Assembly (NCBI RefSeq): GCF_000011465.1
Contig: NC_005072.1
Span: forward strand, 600,001-632,000
From: Prochlorococcus marinus subsp. pastoris str. CCMP1986
GTDB taxonomy: Bacteria > Cyanobacteriota > Cyanobacteriia > PCC-6307 > Cyanobiaceae
Direction of reading: 5' to 3'
Length of the DNA stretch: 32,000 nt
In this document: positions 8,596 to 17,874 of the stretch, piece after piece
Numbering within the stretch: position 1 is the first letter of the stretch
Layout: every line of letters begins with the position of its first letter
Notes under the pieces: model-generated
Told to the model about the DNA's origin: nothing
The model's database searches: none
What the model saw: the letters and a program-made list of their open reading frames with translations, nothing else
Translations under genes and position numbers: made by a program

Positions 8596-10122
8596 ATGGA
8601 TAAAAAGTACAAAATGAATAATAGTTTTTTTAGGCAGTTTAATAACAAAGAATCTTTTTATTCATTGTTAGAAGACATTGAAAGCTGCAAAGTGGGATTC
8701 TATAGTGTTGGGTTATATCCAGCATCATTAGCATATAACTGTGCAATGCATTCTGAGTCAAATAATATTCTTTTAGCTCCAAGACCTGGAAGAGATTTAT
8801 TAGGTGCTTTTTCTAAAGATGTTCTTTCTAATATGGAACACAAAATAATAGAAAAAGTAGAAGGTATGGGAAATTACTTTTTTGAGGGCAAAAGTAAGAT
8901 CAATACACTCGAAGATCTTCTTTTAAAATGTAATATCGTTATTCTAGCTTCAAATAGTAATCACATACAAAATGATATTCGTTATGCCATAGAATTAAGA
9001 AAATCTTTAAATCGTGAGAATGTAGTTCTTGCATGTCTTGTGGGCTCTTTTTGTTTTGATGATGGAGATAAAAAACCATACATTTTATGTAATCAATATC
9101 CTGATTTAGCTTTCTTTACAGGCTTTCATCGTCATGGTGCATTACGAAACCCTAAAGATAGTTTTACCGCTAATTTTTGTCATCCTGACTCATTAACAGC
9201 TCTAATTGGTGCAAGAATTTTAAATCAATTGTCTCCAAATATTCAAGTATCCCCTGGAGTTCATAATATTGAATGCCAGTACATTAAGTCCATAAAAAAT
9301 ATTTCTTCAATATTCGCAGGGTTTGTCACTAACTTTCATTCAGAAAAGCCTGGAATGTTGCCCACAATTAATACTGTTTTATTAACTCAGTGCTTGGATC
9401 AAGCAGCCACTGTTTCTTTAAAAGTTAGAAAAGAAAATAAATTTCAAAACGTAAATTTTTCATTAAAAGAACTTGGATATGGTGAAGATATTATTATCTC
9501 TAAAGAAAATCTTGGTAACAAATATGTTGAATCAGCTGATTATACTTTTTCTCAACTAAATGCTGTTAAAGCTGATGTTTTAGGGAGCATGTCGTTGCCA
9601 ATAGAGGGAAATCCAACAAGGAATTTTCAGGCAGGACAAGTTTTATCAGATATGCTTTTAAGACTTAAGAGATGTCCTAATGATGTCGGTGAATTTATTA
9701 ATTGGTGTGAAAAATTTAGCTTAGGTCAAGGAGGCCTTGAGGGATTGAAATCGCTAATATATTGGCCCAAAATTTACAGGGAATTTAATATTAAAAATAA
9801 TAATTGCTCGATGATTAATCTAATTTATTTATGCTTTAATGCAGAAGCTGAAGAAAAAAAAGATATTTATGAAGTATTAATTAATTCAGATGCAATAACT
9901 AATTTTTGTCAGGAATCTGTAAAGCCTAATTTATGTTTAGAACTAAATTATAAACTTCAAGGAATGGATATTTTTGATAATAAAAAATTATTTTATGAGA
10001 AATTAATTTCAAATAATAATAAAATGAATTTTGAAAAAAAATTATACGAAAAATTATCTTCTAAAAAAAATCCAAATTACATTAAAGCAATAAATATAAT
10101 AAATAAATACTTTACTAATTAG
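8596..10122 (+). CDS. Divergent NAD(P)-dependent glycerol-3-phosphate dehydrogenase (GpsA)-like protein with a long C-terminal extension
   Basis: Pattern-level alignment to GpsA: VGFYSVGLYPASLA sits where GpsA has GAGSYGTALA (degenerate), VILASNSNHIQ matches VVVPSH, and IKSIKNISSIFAGF matches AVKNVIAIGAGM. A Lys/Asn-rich tail follows. This is a remote similarity only. Confidence 0.4.
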   Translation: MDKKYKMNNSFFRQFNNKESFYSLLEDIESCKVGFYSVGLYPASLAYNCAMHSESNNILLAPRPGRDLLGAFSKDVLSNMEHKIIEKVEGMGNYFFEGKSKINTLEDLLLKCNIVILASNSNHIQNDIRYAIELRKSLNRENVVLACLVGSFCFDDGDKKPYILCNQYPDLAFFTGFHRHGALRNPKDSFTANFCHPDSLTALIGARILNQLSPNIQVSPGVHNIECQYIKSIKNISSIFAGFVTNFHSEKPGMLPTINTVLLTQCLDQAATVSLKVRKENKFQNVNFSLKELGYGEDIIISKENLGNKYVESADYTFSQLNAVKADVLGSMSLPIEGNPTRNFQAGQVLSDMLLRLKRCPNDVGEFINWCEKFSLGQGGLEGLKSLIYWPKIYREFNIKNNNCSMINLIYLCFNAEAEEKKDIYEVLINSDAITNFCQESVKPNLCLELNYKLQGMDIFDNKKLFYEKLISNNNKMNFEKKLYEKLSSKKNPNYIKAINIINKYFTN

Positions 10123-10225
10123 TACAATACTTACTAAATTTATCTAAATCAATTGAGTTGCTCTTTTCTATTATTTACTTATCCTAATTTGAGAGTTAGA
10201 CTTATTAAGTTAAAGTAGGTTTTTT

Positions 10226-10885
10226 TTGAATAAAGAATTATCGCACCGCTCTCCTGAACTCAAAGCTCTTGGTTGGAACCAAGAAGATTTAACAAGGTAT
10301 GAGGATTTATGGGACTATAGTCAAAGATGGGGATTGATAAATCTTGAAAGAGAAGACAGACAATTTTTGAAAAAAGCAGAGAAGTTACTTCCTAAAATTC
10401 AAAACAAAAAAGCATCTGTTAAAAAATCTATTGAAGAGAAATCTTATTATTTATGGTTAAATTTCTATCTTGAAGAAATTAAAATTTTTAGTGAATCTAA
10501 CGTGCCCAAAAAACAAGTAAGTGTTTGGACTCTTTTGATTCAAGAGGAGTTGAAACTTCTTAAAGAGCTACAACCAGTAATGGGATTACCAGATACTTTG
10601 AAGGCTAAAAATTTGTTTGTTAATAGAAAACAAATTATTGAAAAAGCTTTTAAAGAATACGATGCTAAAAATAATAACGTGCCTTTTGATTTCATTAATA
10701 TATTTAATAAATCTGAGAAAGATGTGATTAAAAGCTGGAAATCTATTATTGAAAAAGATCCTGAAGCAAACAAAAATTTCCCTATTGTTGATATTAATAA
10801 TGTAGAAGATTTGAGATCTGAAATAAATGAAGATTTAAAATCATTTATGAGGGGAAATTATCCATCATTAAGAGAGGATTTATAA
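10226..10885 (+). CDS. Conserved-looking hypothetical protein (charged, helical)
   Basis: A 219-aa ORF with a TTG start, no competing ORF except a short antisense one, and codon usage like its neighbours. I recognised no motif. Confidence 0.5.
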   Translation: MNKELSHRSPELKALGWNQEDLTRYEDLWDYSQRWGLINLEREDRQFLKKAEKLLPKIQNKKASVKKSIEEKSYYLWLNFYLEEIKIFSESNVPKKQVSVWTLLIQEELKLLKELQPVMGLPDTLKAKNLFVNRKQIIEKAFKEYDAKNNNVPFDFINIFNKSEKDVIKSWKSIIEKDPEANKNFPIVDINNVEDLRSEINEDLKSFMRGNYPSLREDL

Positions 10886-10930
10886 AGATTTATCTTCTTT
10901 ATATTTATTTTTAGGAAGTTTTTAAGTTAA

Positions 10931-12286
<1,356 letters not shown>

Positions 12287-12300
12287 ATAATGGAGATTCT

Positions 12301-13191
12301 TTGGCTTTAATAATACCTAGTAATTATCACAAGATTAGTGATGTAGAGAAAAATCATATTTCTTGGATTGAACCCGATTTGGCTGAAAGACAGGATATAC
12401 GACCATTAAGGATTGGTATTTTAAATATCATGCCTCTTGGTAAGCAATATGAATTTAATTTATTACATCCTCTTGGTTTATCCCCTCTTCAAATTGAGCC
12501 TGTTTGGATAAAGTTAAAAACTCATTCATATAAAACATGGGATCTTAACCATTTAAATAATCTTTATACAACATGGGAGGAGGCAAATGATCCAGAACCA
12601 TTAGATGGAGTAATTATTACCGGAGCACCTGTTGAGCATTTAGCTTTTGAAGAAGTTAAATATTGGGATGAATTCGTAAATATTACTAATGAAGCAAGAA
12701 ATTCTTGTGCAAGTACCCTTGGGTTGTGCTGGGCAGGATTCGCACTTGCTTATTTGGCAGGTGTTAATAAAACAGTATTTGATAAGAAATTATTCGGGGT
12801 ATTTCCATTAAAGAGTCTTGCCCCTGGTCATCCTTTAATGGGTACGCAAGATGATGAGTTTATTTGTCCTCAAAGTAGATTTGCAGGGTTACCTGATCTT
12901 GAAATGGAAGAAGCTCAAAAAGAAGGGAAATTAAATTTGCTCGCATATGGCAAGGATGTTGGTTACACAATATTTGAAACAAAAGATCAAAAACAACTCA
13001 TGCACTTAGGTCATCCTGAATATACAGTGCATAGAATAATTAGCGAAATTAACAGAGATAAAGAAAAGGGAGATGTACCTCCTCCTGAGAATTTTGATAT
13101 TAATTCTTCAAATACATCTTGGAGATCCCATCGGAATCTCCTTTTCCAGCAATGGCTATGGTTTTGTTATCAGCAAGTTAGTCTCAGTTGA
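12301..13191 (+). CDS. metA: Homoserine O-acyltransferase (MetA family)
   Basis: Has IRPLRIGILNIMPLG, GVIITGAPVE, LGLCWAG (active-site Cys) and LGHPEY. The start is TTG at 12301, with GGAG 6 nt upstream. It lies 14 nt after metY, so the two probably form an operon. Confidence 0.9.
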   Translation: MALIIPSNYHKISDVEKNHISWIEPDLAERQDIRPLRIGILNIMPLGKQYEFNLLHPLGLSPLQIEPVWIKLKTHSYKTWDLNHLNNLYTTWEEANDPEPLDGVIITGAPVEHLAFEEVKYWDEFVNITNEARNSCASTLGLCWAGFALAYLAGVNKTVFDKKLFGVFPLKSLAPGHPLMGTQDDEFICPQSRFAGLPDLEMEEAQKEGKLNLLAYGKDVGYTIFETKDQKQLMHLGHPEYTVHRIISEINRDKEKGDVPPPENFDINSSNTSWRSHRNLLFQQWLWFCYQQVSLS

Positions 13192-13197
13192 ATTTAA

Positions 13198-14766
13198 TTA
13201 GTGAGAGGTTTCAAGACCTCCTAGTCTTTCAAATAAGTTCAAGCTTTCTTTATTTAAACCAATAATTTCAACTTTTGAGCCGCTATTTTTGAATTTTCTA
13301 ATAATTTGATCTAAAGCAACAACCCCGCTCTGATCCCAAATATGAGCTAAAGACATGTCAATTAAAATATCTTTTGGATGCTCATGAATATCGAATCCTT
13401 GTAGAAAATATATTTTACTGACAAAAAACAATTGACCTTCAACTTTGTAAGTTATTTGGTTTTTACCTTTAACTCTTGAAACCGTTATTACTTTTGCAAC
13501 TTTCCTGCTAAAAAGTATTGCAGCTAAACCAACTCCTGCAATAACACCTAGGGCAAGATTATGTGGTTTTGTAAGCATCGTAACCGCAAAAGTCATAAGC
13601 ATTACTGCGGTATCACTTTTTGGTATCTTTCTAATATTCTTCAAACCAGTTAAATCAGCAGTGCTTATTGCAATTGTTATCATTATTGCTACTAAGGCGG
13701 CCATGGGTATGGCCCCTATCCAAGGCTTTAGAAGGATGATCATTAATAATAATGATAATCCTGAAATTAAGGTTGATAACCTAGATTTACCTCCATTCTC
13801 ATTATTCATAACTGATTGCCCTACTAACGCACAGCCTGCCATGCCTCCAAATAAAGAGGATATTATATTAGCTATACCTTGTCCCCTTGCTTCTTTATTT
13901 TTGTTGGAACTTGTGTCTGTGGCATCATCTAAAATATCTTGAGTTAAGAATGTTTCCATTAAACCAACCAGCGATATCGCTAAGGATGTTGGCAATATCA
14001 CACCCAAAGTTGAAAGGTTGAATGGTACTTTCCCATTCGCTAATTCACCAAATGGTAAGGAGAGACTAGGGAATCCATTTGGTAATGTCCCTAAATCACT
14101 TACGGTAGGGATTTCTAATTTAAAAAATACACTTATTAAAGTAAGCAAAACAATTGCTACTAATTGAGAAGGAATTACTTTTGTTATTTTGGGAAATCCG
14201 TAAATAACAATTAATCCTAAAATTACAAGAATCCAAACGGTAGGTATTTGACTATTTGTTGGATATTTTGAAAGTTCATTTTCTAATAGTTTCCCTTCAT
14301 TAATGCCAATTCCTAGTTGAAGGAATTGAGCTTGAAATATTAATAAAGCAAGAGCATTTACAAATCCGCTTAATACACCTGTCGGTACAAACCTCATTTG
14401 ATAAGCCAGCCTTAGATATCCCCAGAGTATTTGAAAAACACCTGTTAATAATCCTGCTGCTATTAAATAGGAAAGACCAAGATTTGTTCCAGGGGCCTGA
14501 GCTTCTCCAATAGCAACAACCCCAGTCATTAGGAGAGCTGTTGATCCTGTCGCGGAAGTAATCATTCCCCTTCTGCCACCAAGAATCGCAATTGTTATAG
14601 ATAAGCAGAATGCGCCATAAAGTCCAACTTTAGGATCAACCCCAGCAATTCCTGAAAAAGCAATCGCTTCAGGAATCATTGCAAAAGCCACTACTAATCC
14701 CGAAAGAATATTAGATTTTGGATCGTCTAACCAATTTTTAGATAAATATTTGGTGAAATTTGACAT
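13198..14766 (-). CDS. SulP-family anion transporter with a C-terminal STAS domain (sulfate permease/BicA-like)
   Basis: Has the N-terminal SGLVVAFAMIPEAIAFSGIAGV SulP signature, about 10-12 TM segments, and a C-terminal STAS-like part (ILIDMSLAHIWDQSGVVALDQII...VEIIGLN). It is convergent with metA, with a 6-nt gap. Confidence 0.9.
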   Translation of the reverse strand: MSNFTKYLSKNWLDDPKSNILSGLVVAFAMIPEAIAFSGIAGVDPKVGLYGAFCLSITIAILGGRRGMITSATGSTALLMTGVVAIGEAQAPGTNLGLSYLIAAGLLTGVFQILWGYLRLAYQMRFVPTGVLSGFVNALALLIFQAQFLQLGIGINEGKLLENELSKYPTNSQIPTVWILVILGLIVIYGFPKITKVIPSQLVAIVLLTLISVFFKLEIPTVSDLGTLPNGFPSLSLPFGELANGKVPFNLSTLGVILPTSLAISLVGLMETFLTQDILDDATDTSSNKNKEARGQGIANIISSLFGGMAGCALVGQSVMNNENGGKSRLSTLISGLSLLLMIILLKPWIGAIPMAALVAIMITIAISTADLTGLKNIRKIPKSDTAVMLMTFAVTMLTKPHNLALGVIAGVGLAAILFSRKVAKVITVSRVKGKNQITYKVEGQLFFVSKIYFLQGFDIHEHPKDILIDMSLAHIWDQSGVVALDQIIRKFKNSGSKVEIIGLNKESLNLFERLGGLETSH

Positions 14767-14797
14767 TTTAATTTCTTCTTATACTTAAAAAGTTACC

Positions 14798-16075
14798 TTA
14801 TAGAGGAGGCAAAATACTTTCTGGATCACAAATATTCTTTAAAGTTTTTAATTCACTAAGTCTTTCTCCAAAAGATAAATAGACTTCTTCTTCGTGAGAA
14901 TTTAAATGATTATGAATCTGAGCTAGATGTATGTTTGGGAAAAATATTTTTAGTTTCTTCCAAGATTCATTCATCCACTTCAAAACAATTTCCTTTTCTT
15001 TAGGATCACCTTTTTTCCATGCGGCATAGATCCAAGGTTTCCAAGTGCTTGCCCGATGAATAAAGAAACTTGATTTATGGTTTAATTCTTTTGTCTTTCC
15101 TCCAAGCTGTTGTGAGGCAACATAACAAGATTTATTTGGTTTGTCTCTAATTATTTCGTTCATACATTTAACAAAAATTTGAACATTATCTTTTAAATCT
15201 CCTCCAAGAAGGCTTATTACTTCTGAATGGTTATTCTTATTTAATTCGAATAGATCTAATTCTTTTGGAAAAAAATTTACCTGATTATAGTTCTCGTAAC
15301 TTTTTATTTTGAGAGAATTAAATTTTTCAAGTTTTTTTAAATAGTTTTTGGTGATTTTGTTATCTGAGTCATTTTTTATCTCCGCGAAGATATAAATATA
15401 TATATCTTCGGCATAAATCCATTGTAGGCTTAAATTCTCTGGGAATCCCTCAGCCAAATTAATAATCTTTGAGAGTTCATTATCATCTACAAATCCTTCA
15501 ATAATTTGTATAGGGTGAGATTGGAATGTTTTAAGACCAATTTCAGTAATTATTGCGAGAAAGGGAGCAGCACCTTTAAGCCCTTCCCATAATAGTTTTT
15601 GGGAGGAATCCAGACTGTTTTGCTCTAATGATATAAAATTTCCGTTCCCTAAGTATCCTTTTATAGACTCAATATTATCAATAGCTAATCCATATCTTCG
15701 ACTCATCGGACTTATTCCTCCGGTTAATATGTAACCTGCTCCGGGCAGTTTTGATAGGCCTGTTGGGAAGGTCTTATTATGTTTTTCTAAATAATTCATA
15801 AGATCCTTCATAATCACCCCACCTCCAATTTTTATTAGATTCTTTTCTTTCTCAAGATGAATTTGGTTATATTCTTTTCTTAAATCAAGAGTAATTAAAC
15901 CATTTCTAGCGCAGCTTGATGTAGTACCCCCGCTGCAAACACAAAGATATTCTGATTTTTGGGATGATTTGTAATGGCTATTAAATAAATCATCTATTTT
16001 ATAAATTAGGTTTTTAACGTGTGCATCACTGGAATTAATATTTGGAACTTCAAGTAAATTATTATTTTTTTTCAC
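14798..16075 (-). CDS. FAD-binding PCMH-type (FAD_binding_4) oxidoreductase with a BBE-like C-terminus; substrate unknown
   Basis: CSGGTTSSCARNGLITLDL...IKIGGGVIMKDL...PTGLSKLPGAGYILTGGISPMSRRYGLAIDNIESIKGYLGNGNFISL follows the FAD_binding_4 pattern. The C-terminal LKTLKNICDPESILPP resembles the BBE tail. Apparent GTG start. Confidence 0.65.
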   Translation of the reverse strand: MKKNNNLLEVPNINSSDAHVKNLIYKIDDLFNSHYKSSQKSEYLCVCSGGTTSSCARNGLITLDLRKEYNQIHLEKEKNLIKIGGGVIMKDLMNYLEKHNKTFPTGLSKLPGAGYILTGGISPMSRRYGLAIDNIESIKGYLGNGNFISLEQNSLDSSQKLLWEGLKGAAPFLAIITEIGLKTFQSHPIQIIEGFVDDNELSKIINLAEGFPENLSLQWIYAEDIYIYIFAEIKNDSDNKITKNYLKKLEKFNSLKIKSYENYNQVNFFPKELDLFELNKNNHSEVISLLGGDLKDNVQIFVKCMNEIIRDKPNKSCYVASQQLGGKTKELNHKSSFFIHRASTWKPWIYAAWKKGDPKEKEIVLKWMNESWKKLKIFFPNIHLAQIHNHLNSHEEEVYLSFGERLSELKTLKNICDPESILPPL

Positions 16076-16122
16076 TACTAAATATTCTTCTTTACTATTA
16101 TGTTATTAGTTATTCCTTACAA

Positions 16123-17265
16123 TTGGATACTTTTGATTCGAACTTAAATAAGCAAATTGGCATACTCATTTGTGGTCATGGGAGTAGAAATAAATTAGCT
16201 ATTACAGAATTTCAGGAATTAACTAGGCTTATACAAAAGAAATTCCCATCAATATTAGTTGAATTTGGTTTTTTGGAATTTGCAAAGCCATCTCTTACTG
16301 ATGCTTTGGATAAATTAAGAAATAGTTCTATTAAAAAAGTAATAGCTATACCGGCTATGCTTTTTGCTGCTGGGCACGTTAAAAATGATATACCAAGTTT
16401 GCTTATGAATTATGCGAAGAAAACAGATATAGAAATAATTTATGGAAGAGAATTAGGAATTAATAATTTAATGATTAGTGCAGCTTGCGAGAGAGTTAAA
16501 GAAGTGTTCAAAAAAAATAACTCTCTTATTCCTGAAGAATCATTATTAGTTGTTGTTGGAAGAGGTTCTTCTGATCCTGATGCAAATTCTAATGTATCTA
16601 AAATTACAAGAATGGTTGTTGAAGGAGTTGGTTTGGGCTGGGGAGAAACTGTATTCTCTGGGGTAACATTTCCATTAGTAGAACCTGGGTTGCGGAATGT
16701 TGTAAGACTTGGTTATAAAAACATAATTATTTTTCCTTACTTTCTTTTTTCAGGGGTACTGGTAACAAGAATAAAAAGGCAAAGCGATATAGTGGCGCTT
16801 GATAATCCACATGTTGAATTCCATGAGGCAAAATATCTTTCATCTCATAAATATGTTGTTCAAACATTTGTAGAAAGGATTGAAGAAATTTTTAATGACG
16901 AGAGCAACAATTTTATGAATTGTTCCTTGTGCAAATATAGATCGAACTTATTTGGTTTTGAAAAAGAAGTTGGTTTAGTACAAGAAAGTCATCATGATCA
17001 TGTTGAGGGCATAGGACTTAGTTGTGATTTGTGTGATTCTGAATGTAACGGGGCATGTGAAACTAATAACCAAAGCTTGAGTGATGTTGATGATCACTCA
17101 GTACCTTTAGTAGAAAAAAATAATGATGAACATCATCATAAACATGGTGAGCACCATCACCATCATCATAGTATTTATCCAAATTCAAAACATCCCTTGG
17201 GCCCTGTTACGCTTCGCTTGCTTAGTGATGATCAAATCTTAAGAAATTCAGTTGAAAAAGACTGA
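16123..17265 (+). CDS. cbiX: Long-form sirohydrochlorin cobaltochelatase CbiX with a Cys-rich region and His-rich tail
   Basis: Has duplicated CbiX modules (GILICGHGSRN..., LLVVVGRGSSDPDANS), MNCSLCKY (an MxCxxC Fe-S motif), CDLCDSECNGAC, and the tail DEHHHKHGEHHHHHH. The track ORF opens at 16042 and overlaps the divergent gene. I prefer the in-frame TTG at 16123, just before the conserved part. Confidence 0.8.
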   Translation: MDTFDSNLNKQIGILICGHGSRNKLAITEFQELTRLIQKKFPSILVEFGFLEFAKPSLTDALDKLRNSSIKKVIAIPAMLFAAGHVKNDIPSLLMNYAKKTDIEIIYGRELGINNLMISAACERVKEVFKKNNSLIPEESLLVVVGRGSSDPDANSNVSKITRMVVEGVGLGWGETVFSGVTFPLVEPGLRNVVRLGYKNIIIFPYFLFSGVLVTRIKRQSDIVALDNPHVEFHEAKYLSSHKYVVQTFVERIEEIFNDESNNFMNCSLCKYRSNLFGFEKEVGLVQESHHDHVEGIGLSCDLCDSECNGACETNNQSLSDVDDHSVPLVEKNNDEHHHKHGEHHHHHHSIYPNSKHPLGPVTLRLLSDDQILRNSVEKD

Positions 17266-17616
17266 ATCAACCGTCTCTTTCTTAATTTGGTCTCAATAGA
17301 CTAATCATATATAAGTATTCCTAATAGATATTTGGAAATGTATTTTGGGCTATATTTTCCACAGTTAGTAATAAGTTTTCCACGTCCATATCCACATGAA
17401 ATTAGGTATAAAGCCTTATCTCGAAAATAACAGCACTTCAACATTATTATTGACTTTTCTTAAACCTTTTTTCAATTTACCCCTTTGGAAAACCGTTTTT
17501 GTTGAATCTAATTTATAACATGAGTCTCATTTGATAATGGTGTAGAAGTGATAAAAATATATTTTTGACTTTTAAAAAAAAATAGACAATTATATTTGTA
17601 TACGAAGTTTGTATTT

Positions 17617-17874
17617 ATGAATCAAATAAATCAAGAAAATAACATTGAAGTAAAATTTGATAATTCTTTCCCATCAAAAGTTTCTTTAGAAACTGAGCTT
17701 TCAGAAAGTCTTTATGAAACTATGAAAGATTTTGTTTTACATAATCCTACTTGGGATCAATACAAACTTATAAATTCTGCTTTAGCTACTTTTCTTGTCC
17801 AAAATGGATGTACTGATAGTTCAGTTTCAGAGATTTATATAAATCAACTTTTTAGACCTTCTAATTCTTTTTAA
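17617..17874 (+). CDS. Small cyanobacterial hypothetical protein (DUF2811-like by recollection)
   Basis: The track ORF starts at TTG 17596, and the first ATG (MNQINQEN...) is at 17617. The ...LYETMKDFVLHNPTWDQYKLINSALATFLVQNG segment resembles a conserved cyanobacterial family. Its 3' end overlaps the convergent GMC gene by 14 nt. Confidence 0.5.
   Translation: MNQINQENNIEVKFDNSFPSKVSLETELSESLYETMKDFVLHNPTWDQYKLINSALATFLVQNGCTDSSVSEIYINQLFRPSNSF

Noticed and set aside
17131-17175. A CAT/CAC trinucleotide-rich tract looks like a simple-sequence repeat.
   Set aside because: The His-rich tail of CbiX fully explains it. It is not an independent repeat element.
17365-17397. A Trp-rich 10-codon mini-ORF (MWIWTWKTYY) lies on the minus strand in the cbiX downstream intergenic region. 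I considered a leader-peptide attenuator.
   Set aside because: There is no downstream trp-related gene on that strand, no terminator/antiterminator pair, and no RBS. It is most likely chance.
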